64,000 nt of DNA, from the NCBI GenBank assembly GCA_041671725.1, contig JBAZAY010000007.1, positions 7,253-71,252 on the forward strand, written 5' to 3'. This document shows, one piece after another, positions 42,618-52,417 of this stretch (position 1 is its first letter; each line of letters starts with the position of its first letter). Made by a program: the position numbers and the translations under genes. The notes under the pieces are model-generated. The model worked only from the letters and a program-made list of their open reading frames with translations, was not told the origin of the DNA and did not search any database. The stretch comes from Gallionella sp. (lineage in GTDB: Bacteria; Pseudomonadota; Gammaproteobacteria; Burkholderiales; Gallionellaceae).

Positions 42618-43669
42618 TTACGGTACATGCGGCTGGATAAATACCAGCGCTGGCCGTGACGCAGGGCAACCAGCAGGATGGCGGATAGTGGCAAGGCCAG
42701 CAGGATGCCGAAAAAACCGAACAACTGCCCGAAGGCCAGCAGGGAAAAAATAACCGCCAGCGGATGCAAGCCGATGCGCTCGCCAACCAGCCAGGGCGTG
42801 ATGAGCATGCCTTCGAGCATCTGCCCTGCAGCAAACACCGCCCACACCCACAGCACGCTGCTGAACTCGGTGAATTGCATCACCGCCGCCAATGTCGCCA
42901 GCAGCAAACCGATAATCATGCCAAGGTAAGGAATGAACACCAGCATGCCGGCGACAATGCCGATCGGCAGCGCAAACTCCAGCCCCACCAGCCATAACAC
43001 CATACTGTAAAACGCACTCATCAGCAGCATCACGGAAATCTGCCCGCGCAAGAATTCCGCCAGCACGCCATCCACCTCAGAGCCTACTTCGTGCACCTTG
43101 ATGTGCCAATGCCTTGGAATCAGCGCGTCAAATTTAGCGCTCATGCCATCCCAATCGCGCAACAGGTAGAACATCGCCAGGGGGATCAGCAGCAAATTCA
43201 CAAAAACCGCCATGATCGCGCTGCCACTGCTGGATAACCAGGGCAGCAATTTTCCGGCAATCCCGCCCGCACTCTGCCAATGGCTCATCAGCAGGTTTTT
43301 CAGTGCCGCACTGTCCCATTGCAAATCAGCACCAAACCACTGTTGCAGTTTCGGCAACAGATTGACACGTCCGGCCTCGATCAAATCCGGCAGGCGCGCA
43401 ATGAATAAACTGATCTCCTTTTCCAGCAGCGGCAACATGATCAATATGAGACCCGCGAGCAGCAACAGCAACGCCGCCATCACCAGCACCACCGCCAGCG
43501 TACGCGGCAGTTTCAGGGCACAGAGCCGCTGCACCAGCGGATTGCAGATGTAGGCGAGTATTCCCGCCGCCACAAACGGCGTGAGTATGGGGCTGAGCAA
43601 ATAGAGCAGCAGGGATGCCATCGCGATAAACAGCAACCACTGCACAGCAGCAAAGCGGGATGTAGTCAT
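42614..43669 (-). CDS. AI-2E family transporter (PerM/YhhT-like permease)
   Basis: 351 aa, polytopic. IPYLGMIIG and LGERIGLHPLAVIFSLL are typical of this family. Confidence 0.8.
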   Translation of the reverse strand: MTTSRFAAVQWLLFIAMASLLLYLLSPILTPFVAAGILAYICNPLVQRLCALKLPRTLAVVLVMAALLLLLAGLILIMLPLLEKEISLFIARLPDLIEAGRVNLLPKLQQWFGADLQWDSAALKNLLMSHWQSAGGIAGKLLPWLSSSGSAIMAVFVNLLLIPLAMFYLLRDWDGMSAKFDALIPRHWHIKVHEVGSEVDGVLAEFLRGQISVMLLMSAFYSMVLWLVGLEFALPIGIVAGMLVFIPYLGMIIGLLLATLAAVMQFTEFSSVLWVWAVFAAGQMLEGMLITPWLVGERIGLHPLAVIFSLLAFGQLFGFFGILLALPLSAILLVALRHGQRWYLSSRMYRK

Positions 43670-43971
43670 TTAAGTGAATTTGAAAAATACATTATTCCGG
43701 CGGCCATTTTACCCCAAGAACCACCTTGAACCTAAAAACGGCTATTCATCCGCAAAACGATACTCGCAAACACGCAAAAACAGGCAAGCTGGCAGTCACG
43801 CTGCAAATACTTACAAATTAACCATATAAATCAGATAATTACAGAACATCCATCCATCACAACAATTTACTGCCACGACTTTGAGTGTTATTTTAAAAAG
43901 AGAGAGGCTAACGCTATCCCGAACAGATGCACCGTAACAAATTCATACAAGACCAAAGAAGGAGACATTTC

Positions 43972-45624
43972 ATGTCCAGTAATTCCGGAGTCGCAACCAG
44001 CGGCTTACTTGCAAGAGAACGTACCATTGCCAAAGCAGGCTTCAATCGATGGCTGGTGCCGCCCGCAGCCTTGGCAATACACTTGTGTATCGGCATGGCC
44101 TATGGCTTTTCAGTGTTCTGGCTACCGTTATCCAAGGCCATCGGTATCACCGCATCGGTTGCCTGCCCGGCAGATTCCGGGCAGCTCGACGCCCTGTTTA
44201 CCACCAGTTGCGACTGGAAAATCAGCGATCTTGGCTGGATGTACACCCTGTTCTTCCTGTTGCTGGGATCGTCCGCTGCACTGTGGGGCGGCTGGCTGGA
44301 GCGCGTCGGCCCGCGTCGCGCAGGCTTTACCGCTGCGGTATGCTGGGGCGGCGGTTTGCTGATCTCCGCTTACGGCGTTTACTCGCATCAACTATGGCTG
44401 ATGTGGTTAGGTTCCGGCTTCATCGGCGGCATCGGTCTGGGTCTGGGCTATATTTCTCCGGTCTCGACACTGATCAAATGGTTCCCGGACAAGCGCGGCA
44501 TGGCGACCGGCATGGCCATCATGGGTTTCGGTGGAGGTGCGATGATAGGTGCTCCGCTGGCCAACATGCTGATGGAACATTTTCATACCCCGACCAGCAT
44601 AGGCGTGTGGGAGACCTTTGCCACCATGGGCGTGGTGTATTTCATCGCCATGACCTGCGGCGCATTCGGTTATCGGATTCCGCCGACAGGCTGGAAACTG
44701 GAAGGCTGGACGCAGCCGGAAGCTCAACATGCGTTGATCTCCGAAAACAACGTGCATCTGAAGAACGCACACAAGACGCCGCAATTCTGGTTGATCTGGG
44801 CGGTGCTGTGTTTGAACGTGAGTGCCGGCATCGGCGTACTCGGTATGGCGTCGCCAATGCTGCAGGAAATTTTTGGCGGCGGCTTACTGGGCCATCCCGA
44901 GATTGGTTTCACCAGCCTTGATCACGACCAGAAAACTGCTATCGCAGCACTGGCCGCCGCATTTGCCGGTTTACTCTCGCTGTTTAACATTGCCGGGCGT
45001 TTCTTCTGGGCGTCGCTATCAGACAAGCTCGGCCGCAAAAACACCTACTTCGTGTTCTTCGCATTGGGCATCGCGATGTACTCCTTGGCCCCATGGGCGG
45101 CTCACTCAGGTCATCAGGCATTATTCGTCGCGTTCTTCTGCGTGATTCTGTCGATGTATGGCGGCGGATTTGCAACGGTACCGGCCTATCTGGCTGACAT
45201 GTTCGGCACCCAGTTCGTCGGCGCGATCCACGGCAGATTACTGACCGCATGGGCGACCGCCGGAATCATTGGTCCGGTGGTGGTGAACTACATCCGCGAA
45301 GCGCAGATCAACGCGGGCGTGCCGCGCGAACAGGTCTACGACTTCACGATGTATATCCTCGCCGGTTTCCTGGTGCTGGGTTTTATCGCCAACTGGCTGA
45401 TCAAACCGGTGGACAAAAAGTGGCATTTGTCTGAACAGGAAATGCAGGAAATTGAAGCCGCTCACCATCAAAAAGAAGTGGGCGAGGAACTGGTGACAGG
45501 CTCATTCGGCATCACGCGCGGCGGACTGGATGCATCGGCTCTGCTTGCCTGGACCGCCGTGGGTATCCCTATTGCGATTGGCCTGTGGATCACCTTTAAC
45601 AAAGCGATCGTATTGTTCCACTAA
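43972..45624 (+). CDS. MFS transporter, oxalate/formate antiporter (OFA) family
   Basis: NRWLVPPAALAIHLCIGMAYGFSVF is an OFA-type N-terminus, followed by 12 TM helices. AAGGAG RBS before ATG 43972. Confidence 0.8.
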   Translation: MSSNSGVATSGLLARERTIAKAGFNRWLVPPAALAIHLCIGMAYGFSVFWLPLSKAIGITASVACPADSGQLDALFTTSCDWKISDLGWMYTLFFLLLGSSAALWGGWLERVGPRRAGFTAAVCWGGGLLISAYGVYSHQLWLMWLGSGFIGGIGLGLGYISPVSTLIKWFPDKRGMATGMAIMGFGGGAMIGAPLANMLMEHFHTPTSIGVWETFATMGVVYFIAMTCGAFGYRIPPTGWKLEGWTQPEAQHALISENNVHLKNAHKTPQFWLIWAVLCLNVSAGIGVLGMASPMLQEIFGGGLLGHPEIGFTSLDHDQKTAIAALAAAFAGLLSLFNIAGRFFWASLSDKLGRKNTYFVFFALGIAMYSLAPWAAHSGHQALFVAFFCVILSMYGGGFATVPAYLADMFGTQFVGAIHGRLLTAWATAGIIGPVVVNYIREAQINAGVPREQVYDFTMYILAGFLVLGFIANWLIKPVDKKWHLSEQEMQEIEAAHHQKEVGEELVTGSFGITRGGLDASALLAWTAVGIPIAIGLWITFNKAIVLFH

Positions 45625-45654
45625 CGGTTTAACCATTCCGGAAACGGTACTCAG

Positions 45655-45714
45655 GTCCGCATACCCTCTTGCAGCGGTTGTTCAGGTTGCAAGAAGGTTT
45701 ATGCGGACTTTTTT
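45655..45714 (+). terminator. Rho-independent terminator of the OFA transporter gene
   Basis: Stem GTCCGCATA (45655-45663) / TATGCGGAC (45700-45708) with an inner CTTGCA/TGCAAG stem, followed by TTTTTT. Confidence 0.75.
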
Positions 45715-46016
45715 CATGCCGATCCGACGCAAAATTTTTTGGCTTTGCGGATATCGACTTGAGCGCAACAAACAGACAATCACAATCCCGGGTGAGTTTG
45801 CGTTTGCTCAGGTCAAAAGCATGATATTGACCACCTGAACGAAAGTCGCTGAAATGCTTGTGTCAATTGAGTATAATTTGCCACTGAAGCGACACCTATT
45901 GGCGGCACATGATTTTCATTGGTCATGATCGCACCTATACTCTCCGCAATTGCGGAAATTCATTATAAAAAACAGGATATTATGTTTTTACATCCTGAAG
46001 AAAGCGAGAATTCAAC

Positions 46017-47069
46017 TTGAACCATTCAAACAACCCTGCTGCAGGACTTTCCTACCGTGATGCCGGTGTAGATATCGATGCCGGCGACCAGCTGGTCGAA
46101 AATATCAAACCTTATGCCAAACGCACCATGCGCCCTGAAGTGCTCTCCGGCATCGGCGGTTTCGGTGGTCTGGTAGAAATCTCCAAAAAGTACAAGGAAC
46201 CCGTGCTGGTCTCCGGTACCGATGGCGTCGGCACCAAGCTCAAACTGGCTTTTGAACTCAACATTCACAACACGGTCGGTATCGACCTGGTCGGCATGAG
46301 CGTCAACGACATTCTGGTGCAAGGCGCTGAGCCTTTGTTTTTCCTGGATTATTTCGCCTGCGGCAAGCTCGACGTACCCGCTGCCACCGAAGTCATCAAG
46401 GGCATCGCGAATGGCTGCGAACAGGCAGGTTGTGCGCTGATCGGCGGCGAAACGGCAGAAATGCCCGGCATGTACCCGGTCGGCGAATACGACCTGGCAG
46501 GCTTTGCCGTCGGCGTTGTGGAAAAAGCCAATATCATCACCGGCGCTGACATCAAGCCCGGCGATGTGGTGCTGGGCATGGCGTCCAACGGCGCACACTC
46601 CAACGGTTATTCGCTGGTGCGCAAGATCATCGAGCGCAGCAACCCGGATCTTTCCGCCAAATTCGACGGCGAGCGCACGCTGACTGAAGTCATCATGGCG
46701 CCTACCCGCATCTACGTGAAACCGCTGCTGGCGCTGATGCAGAGTCTTACCATCAAGGGCATGGCGCACATCACCGGCGGCGGCATTACCGAAAACGTGC
46801 CACGCGTGCTGCCTGAGAATGTCGTTGCCGACATCGACAGCAAGTCATGGGAATTACCTAAATTATTCAAATGGTTACGTAAACAAGGCAATGTAGCCGA
46901 ACAGGAAATGTATCGCACCTTCAACTGCGGCATCGGCATGGTGGTCATCGTGGCTGCTGCTGACGCCGATAAAGCGATCAGCCAGTTGCAGGATGCGGGT
47001 GAGACCGTAACGCGCATCGGCGTAATCCGCGCCAGGAACGGCGAAGAACACCAGACTCAGGTTCGGTAG
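46017..47069 (+). CDS. purM: Phosphoribosylformylglycinamidine cyclo-ligase (AIR synthetase)
   Basis: [32 protein letters not shown] and [12 protein letters not shown] start. 350 aa. The stop codon lies inside the first REP. Confidence 0.93.
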   Translation: MNHSNNPAAGLSYRDAGVDIDAGDQLVENIKPYAKRTMRPEVLSGIGGFGGLVEISKKYKEPVLVSGTDGVGTKLKLAFELNIHNTVGIDLVGMSVNDILVQGAEPLFFLDYFACGKLDVPAATEVIKGIANGCEQAGCALIGGETAEMPGMYPVGEYDLAGFAVGVVEKANIITGADIKPGDVVLGMASNGAHSNGYSLVRKIIERSNPDLSAKFDGERTLTEVIMAPTRIYVKPLLALMQSLTIKGMAHITGGGITENVPRVLPENVVADIDSKSWELPKLFKWLRKQGNVAEQEMYRTFNCGIGMVVIVAAADADKAISQLQDAGETVTRIGVIRARNGEEHQTQVR

Positions 47070-47110
47070 GGTACATCCATGCGCCATGGTGCGCAGAGCG
47101 CACCCTACCG
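47064..47110. repeat. REP pair (inverted doublet) overlapping the purM stop codon
   Basis: CGGTAGGGTACATCCATGCGCCATGGTGCGCAGAGCGCACCCTACCG. Both halves match the GGTAGGGTGC..GCACC REP consensus of this locus. Confidence 0.8.
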
Positions 47111-47165
47111 TGGCACCGGAATTATGTATGTATGTGTGTGAGGTATATTTATTGAACCATGGTAC

Positions 47166-47189
47166 GGTAGGGTGCATTCCATGCACCAC
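47166..47189 (+). repeat. REP immediately upstream of the RAYT gene
   Basis: GGTAGGGTGCATTCCATGCACCAC. Its exact inverse occurs at 47878-47900. Confidence 0.85.
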
Positions 47190-47194
47190 AAACC

Positions 47195-47743
47195 ATGTCT
47201 GAATATCGTCGCGCATATCTGCCAGGGGGCACGTATTTCTTTACGGCAAATACCTTCCGGCGGGGTAAATTTCTGACTCGAGAACCGTTTCGTCGCGCGT
47301 TGCGCGATGGAATTGCCAAAGCGCGTAAAACCTTGCCGTTCGTCATTGTGGCTTGGGTGTTGCTGCCGGAACATCTGCATTGCATCTGGCGCTTGCCTGA
47401 AGGAGATGCAGATTTTTCAAGACGCTGGGCAATTATCAAGCGAGAAGTAAGCAAACAATGCGGGCATCTGGTAAAGACTGATGCGGCGTTGAACGATTCA
47501 AAAATAACACGCAGGGAATCTGTGGTTTGGCAACGGCGTTTTTGGGAACATCTAATTCGCGACGAGCTGGATTTTCAGCGTCACGTGGATTACATCCATT
47601 TCAACCCCGTCAAGCATGGTCATGTTATATGCGTGGCAGATTGGCCATATTCCACCTTTTCCCGGTATGTAAAGCAGGGAATTTATCCACCCGATTGGGC
47701 GGGTAATGCAAACGATATGCTGATAGCAGGTGAACAGGCGTAG
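47195..47743 (+). mobile_element. REP-associated tyrosine transposase (RAYT; IS200/IS605-like Y1 HUH transposase)
   Basis: 182 aa. HUH motif PEHLHCIW. Catalytic-Tyr helix VDYIHFNPVKHG. WQRRFWEH is also present. The gene is flanked by inverted REPs. Confidence 0.85.
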
Positions 47744-47840
47744 GTGCATTTTCATTCAGGAGTAGGCGATTTCACTCAGAAACAGGAGCTTCAGTTCCGT
47801 AATTTCATGGGAAGCCCCTTGCGGGCTTATCGCCTTATAT

Positions 47841-47900
47841 TCCGTGGAAATGCCCTTGCGGCACCCTACACAAAACTGTGGTGCATGGAATGCACCCTAC
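47841..47900 (-). repeat. Two REPs downstream of the RAYT gene
   Basis: TCCGTGGAAATGCCCTTGCGGCACCCTAC and GTGGTGCATGGAATGCACCCTAC. The second is the exact reverse complement of 47167-47189. Confidence 0.8.
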
Positions 47901-47923
47901 ACAACTTGACATTGAAGAACACC

Positions 47924-48562
47924 ATGAAAAACATCGTCATTCTCATCTCCGGGCGCGGCAGCAATATGCAGGTCATGCTGAACGAAAAACTGGGCTGCAA
48001 CATCGCTGCGGTCATCAGTAATCGGGCCGACGCGAGCGGTTTGACGGTTGCCCAGGCGCACGGCATTCCGACGGCGGTCGTGGCTCATCGCGACCATCCG
48101 GATCGCGAAAGTTTCGATGCCGCGCTGGCGGATGTCATTGACAGCTTCCAGCCAGACCTGGTGATACTCGCCGGCTTCATGCGCATACTCACAGCGAAGT
48201 TCGTGACGCATTACCACGGCCGCCTGATCAACATCCATCCCTCGCTGCTGCCCGCTTACACAGGACTGCATACCCATGCGCGCGCGCTGGAAGATGGCGT
48301 GAAAATTCACGGCTGTACCGTGCATTTCGTCACACCCGACCTCGATCACGGCCCTGTCATCATTCAGGCCGCCATAGCCGTGCTGCCAAACGACACCGAA
48401 CACACCCTGGCCGCCCGTATCCTGCATGAAGAGCATCGCATTTATCCGCAAGCCATACGCTGGCTATGTTCCGGAAAAATTGAACTAGGTGAGAACGGCC
48501 GTGTCGTAGACCACGGCGACCATCCGGCCGGCATCGCATTGATCTCACCCTCACTGGAATAA
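47924..48562 (+). CDS. purN: Phosphoribosylglycinamide formyltransferase
   Basis: MKNIVILISGRGSNMQ, NIHPSLLP and HGCTVHFV..LDHGP. 212 aa from ATG 47924; the ORF-track extension to 47744 reads through the REPs. Confidence 0.93.
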   Translation: MKNIVILISGRGSNMQVMLNEKLGCNIAAVISNRADASGLTVAQAHGIPTAVVAHRDHPDRESFDAALADVIDSFQPDLVILAGFMRILTAKFVTHYHGRLINIHPSLLPAYTGLHTHARALEDGVKIHGCTVHFVTPDLDHGPVIIQAAIAVLPNDTEHTLAARILHEEHRIYPQAIRWLCSGKIELGENGRVVDHGDHPAGIALISPSLE

Positions 48563-48564
48563 AC

Positions 48565-49263
48565 ATGAAGTGGTTTTCGGTAGTTTTCTTATGGCTCATG
48601 CTCTGCGCCCCGGCATACGCCGCAATGCCCGGCAGCGTGCACGCCAGCTACGAAGTTTTTATGAGTGGCATGAAGATCGGGCAGATTGACGAAGTCTATA
48701 CCCGCGACAAGGATCACTACACGCTGACCAGCATCACCACGCCACTCGGCTTGCTGGCCGTATTCAAGCCTGAAAAAATCTATATCAGCAGTAGCGGCCT
48801 GATCACAAAACAGGGACTGCGTCCGCAGCATTTTGAGGATAAACGCGCAGGTAACCCGGGGAAAAGCAGCCAGGCCGAGTTTGACTGGACCGCACAGCAG
48901 CTTACCCTGATGCATCAGACACAGCGCACGCAACTGTCGCTGGTTGAAGGCACGCAGGACCGCCTGAGCGCGATGTATCAATTCATGTTCATCCATTTTA
49001 CGGGCATCGACACGCTGAACTTTGCCATGACCAACGGCAACAAGCTGGACAATTATCACTACACCATCGGTCCTGTGCAAAAGCTGGATACGCCGGCAGG
49101 GCAATTCGACAGCATTTATCTCGATAGCCAGGCCAAACCGGGCGAAAGCCGCACCGAAATCTGGCTTGAAACACAACACAATTTGCCTTGCAAAATGATC
49201 ATCACCGATGCAAAAGGCGAACAATACACACAAATCCTGAGCGGGCTGAAAATCCTACCGTGA
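48565..49263 (+). CDS. DUF3108-domain protein (secreted)
   Basis: 232 aa with a signal peptide (CAPAYA). A beta-rich protein found in a purN-downstream position. Family assignment is from memory and is tentative. Confidence 0.6.
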   Translation: MKWFSVVFLWLMLCAPAYAAMPGSVHASYEVFMSGMKIGQIDEVYTRDKDHYTLTSITTPLGLLAVFKPEKIYISSSGLITKQGLRPQHFEDKRAGNPGKSSQAEFDWTAQQLTLMHQTQRTQLSLVEGTQDRLSAMYQFMFIHFTGIDTLNFAMTNGNKLDNYHYTIGPVQKLDTPAGQFDSIYLDSQAKPGESRTEIWLETQHNLPCKMIITDAKGEQYTQILSGLKILP

Positions 49264-50315
49264 GTGCTGTGCGGCAAATGCTGATCCTGCCTCTGTTGAG
49301 CTGGTCGAAGCAGCCCGCCGGACGCATTGTACTGGCCATTGTCCTGTCGTTAATGGTTCACGTCGTGCTGTTGTTCGGGCCGAATCTAATCGAACTCAGC
49401 CCTGTCGAAACGCCCCTGCCGCCACTCACTGCCAGACTTGAGCCGCTGCCCAAAATCACCGTCAAGCCAGCGCACAAGCCCAAGCCGCATGTGCCGAAAA
49501 AATCCAAAACAGCTCTGCCGCCCGCCCCGCCGACGGCCGTTGCAACCGGCCTGCCCGAGACACCGCCCGCAACTGAAACAGCGCTGGCGAGTGAAGCGGT
49601 CGCACCCGTTGAACGGGTGCCGGCGGCAGGTGAAGTTGCCGCAACCGAAGAGGCGCCGCCGGCACATCCGCTCCCCAAACATGCACAACTCACCTTCATG
49701 GTATACAAGGGCACGGATTTCCCCGTCGGCCAGGCGCGTCACCAGCTGAATATAAACGATGACAAAAGCTATACCTTGCGAGCCGACACTAACACCATCG
49801 GGCTGGCCAGCCTGATCAAGACTTTCGAGATGAACCAGCAAAGCAGCGGCACGGTCGGTGCGTCGGGTCTGCGACCAGACGAATTCAGCGAAGGCAGAAT
49901 GAGTGACGAAGGAAAACAGGCTCTGACTGCCAAATTCGACTGGCAGAACAAACATCTGGCGTTTTCCAGCGGCAACAATTCAGCGCTGCCTGAACATGCA
50001 CAGGACATACTCAGTTTCATGTATCAACTCTCACAGTTGCCGCTGGATCAGGCGATCATTCCGATGTATATCAGCAACGGCAAGAAACTGGAAAAATATG
50101 AACTGACCGTCGGCAAAGAAGAAGACATCATGACCCGCAACGGAAAAATGCGCGCCTTGCCGCTGCGCAAGGTGCACCAACCCGGTGAGGAAGGCCTGGA
50201 GATTTGGCTGGGAATGGAATATCGCCTGCTGCCCGTCCAGATACGTTCAATAGACCGAAACGGCGAGATTGCCGGCCAAATGACTATTTCCGACATCAGA
50301 GTGTCTCAAGAATAG
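49260..50315 (+). CDS. DUF3108-like protein with an N-terminal TM anchor and a Pro-rich linker
   Basis: TM helix IVLAIVLSLMVHVVLLF, Pro/Lys-rich segment KPAHKPKPHVPKK..PPAPP, then a beta-rich domain resembling the upstream paralogue. GTG 49260 overlaps the previous stop (GTGA); ATG 49278 is an alternative start. Confidence 0.6.
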   Translation: MSAVRQMLILPLLSWSKQPAGRIVLAIVLSLMVHVVLLFGPNLIELSPVETPLPPLTARLEPLPKITVKPAHKPKPHVPKKSKTALPPAPPTAVATGLPETPPATETALASEAVAPVERVPAAGEVAATEEAPPAHPLPKHAQLTFMVYKGTDFPVGQARHQLNINDDKSYTLRADTNTIGLASLIKTFEMNQQSSGTVGASGLRPDEFSEGRMSDEGKQALTAKFDWQNKHLAFSSGNNSALPEHAQDILSFMYQLSQLPLDQAIIPMYISNGKKLEKYELTVGKEEDIMTRNGKMRALPLRKVHQPGEEGLEIWLGMEYRLLPVQIRSIDRNGEIAGQMTISDIRVSQE

Positions 50316-50317
50316 CA

Positions 50318-50347
50318 ACCGGTTGGCGGTTGGCGGTTTGCGGTTTT
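50318..50347. repeat. Family-E tandem heptamer array
   Basis: CGGTTGG CGGTTGG CGGTTTG CGGTTTT, starting 3 nt after the stop codon. Confidence 0.7.
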
Positions 50348-50462
50348 CTGCCCTCAGTTCTGCATTTTTCTTCCACGAACTGCATACTGATGACTGCAAA
50401 CTTAAAACTGTGGGCGGTTCCCTGTTAAACTCCACCCTTGAATTCTTAACATCGAAACTGCC

Positions 50463-51716
50463 ATGCTTATTACCGAATACCGTTTAGACCTCGTCATCCT
50501 CGCGCTGCGCACCATTTTGCCGCTGGAGCATCCCGCCGACACCACGTTGCGCTATTTTTTCAAGAATGAGCGCATCGGCTCAAACGAGCGCGCCATCGTC
50601 GCCGAAACCACTTTTGGCGTATTGCGTCACCGCCTGTTGCTGGAAGCTGCCTGTGATGGGAAAGCCACGCCACGCCGCATGGCGCTGGCCTATCTGGTCA
50701 AATTCGGCGGATATAACCTGCGCGAAATCCAGCCGGTGCTCAAACGCGATGAAGCGGAATGGCTTGCGACGGCAAAAGGTATGCAATATGAGGGCCAGCC
50801 CCTGTCTATCCAGGCCGAACTGCCTGAATGGCTGATTGAAAAAATGCGCGCATCGTATTCGGACGAAGAGATCCTCACGCTGGGCCAGGCCATGCAGCAA
50901 GGCGCGCCGCTGGATATACGCGTCAACACCCTGCTCGCAAAACGCGAAGAAGTATTGCTGCAACTGCAGCAACAAAATATCGATGCGACCGTCACGCCTT
51001 ATTCACCGATCGGCATCCGCCTCAAGGAAAAAATCCCGCTGAACAAGGACGAGCTGTTCACGACAGGAAAAGTCGAAGTGCAGGATGAAGGCAGCCAGTT
51101 GTTAGGCTTCCTGTTAGCCCCGAAACGCAATGACATGGTGGTCGATTTCTGTGCCGGTGCAGGTGGCAAAACACTGATGCTCTCGGCGCTAATGAATTCG
51201 CAAGGCCGTTTGTATGCGATGGATGTCTCCGAGAAACGCTTGGCTAATCTCAAGCCGCGCCTGAAACGCTCGGGGGCTTCCAACATCCAGCCTATGATGA
51301 TCGCGCACGAAAACGACCTCAAGGTAAAGCGCCTGTCCGGCAAAATAGACCGCGTGCTGGTGGACGCACCATGCAGCGGCCTGGGCACACTGCGCCGCAA
51401 CCCGGATCTGAAATTCCGCCAGTCGCCTCAGAGCATCGCCGAATTGAATCAAAAACAGACCGCCATCCTGAATTCGGCCAGTCGCCTGCTGAAAAAGGGC
51501 GGCCGTCTGGTCTATGCGACTTGCAGCATTCTGCCGGAAGAAAACCAGCACATCGTGCAAGCCTTCCTGGCATCGCATCCCGACTTCGTGCTGGTCCCGG
51601 CAGGGGTCGTATTGCAGCAACAGAAGATCCCTATGGAAATGGGCGATTATATGGAACTGCGCCCCAACCTGCATGCCACGGACGGCTTCTTCGCGGCGGT
51701 ATTGGAACGCATCTGA
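50463..51716 (+). CDS. RsmB/NOP2/Sun-family SAM-dependent rRNA cytosine-C5 methyltransferase
   Basis: N-terminal NusB-like region, SAM motif VVDFCAGAGGKT, and catalytic Cys motifs DAPCSGLGTLRRNPD and VYATCS. Confidence 0.85.
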   Translation: MLITEYRLDLVILALRTILPLEHPADTTLRYFFKNERIGSNERAIVAETTFGVLRHRLLLEAACDGKATPRRMALAYLVKFGGYNLREIQPVLKRDEAEWLATAKGMQYEGQPLSIQAELPEWLIEKMRASYSDEEILTLGQAMQQGAPLDIRVNTLLAKREEVLLQLQQQNIDATVTPYSPIGIRLKEKIPLNKDELFTTGKVEVQDEGSQLLGFLLAPKRNDMVVDFCAGAGGKTLMLSALMNSQGRLYAMDVSEKRLANLKPRLKRSGASNIQPMMIAHENDLKVKRLSGKIDRVLVDAPCSGLGTLRRNPDLKFRQSPQSIAELNQKQTAILNSASRLLKKGGRLVYATCSILPEENQHIVQAFLASHPDFVLVPAGVVLQQQKIPMEMGDYMELRPNLHATDGFFAAVLERI

Positions 51717-51815
51717 CAGGCTGCTAATCCTTGAGCGGGTTTATGCCCGCGCTTTCCCACGGCCTGTCCAATCGCAATCCCCTCTGGGTTGAACAGGCTG
51801 CGTAGTTCTGTTTGC

Positions 51816-52295
51816 CTATTTATCCGCCTGGATAGGATGTGCTGTAGTAATGAAAGTCAGCGCGTAATTTCCACCCCTGATGTCAGCATGCACAGCTTCG
51901 ACCATGGGCGGATTGGTCGGAACAACAGAATCCCATTGAATAACAAAATTCGCGCCCGAACCGCCTTCCGATTCTTTGCGCTCCACAAACAGTTCAATCG
52001 TTCCCATCGCTTTGATTACCGTGGGTTGTGAAATGTATTCGTTCAGCAATTTGCCTTCAGTGCTGTAATAGCGTGCCGAAATAATTCTGATGGATGTCTT
52101 AAGGCTGGTGTTTCGTATGCTGACCAGTGCAGATAATGGCATTCTCAATGGAGGCTTGTTATTGCCGACACGATCACCGTGCCAGATGTATGAATAGACC
52201 GGCAGATACAAAGTCTGCCCATCGGAAATCTCCTCCGCAGCCATCGCAGCGCCGCTGACAAACAACATCAACAATGCACAAAACCAGTTTTTCAT
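51816..52295 (-). CDS. DUF3124-domain protein (secreted)
   Basis: 159 aa with a signal peptide (GAAMA). GQTLYLPVYSYIWHGD is the motif I associate with DUF3124. Confidence 0.6.
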   Translation of the reverse strand: MKNWFCALLMLFVSGAAMAAEEISDGQTLYLPVYSYIWHGDRVGNNKPPLRMPLSALVSIRNTSLKTSIRIISARYYSTEGKLLNEYISQPTVIKAMGTIELFVERKESEGGSGANFVIQWDSVVPTNPPMVEAVHADIRGGNYALTFITTAHPIQADK

Positions 52296-52417
52296 GTCTA
52301 TTACTCCAATTGTTCAACTCTGCCTGACACAGAGTATACCGTTCAGATTTGAGTGAGGGTAACCTCGTAAAGGCTGACCGGCAGATTTTTCGATTTTGCA
52401 GTCGATAAATCAGCGCT

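Noticed and set aside
44049-44921. 290-aa alternative-frame ORF
   Set aside because: It lies inside the OFA-family MFS transporter gene. Its translation is Arg/Gly/His-rich and not membrane-like, whereas the chosen frame gives 12 TM helices.
46026-46769. 247-aa minus-strand ORF
   Set aside because: It is antisense to purM, which carries strong conserved motifs.
47744-47923. N-terminal extension of purN proposed by the ORF track
   Set aside because: The extension is translated from the REP hairpins downstream of the RAYT gene (..LWCMECTLH..). PurN homology begins at MKNIVILISGRGSN (ATG 47924).
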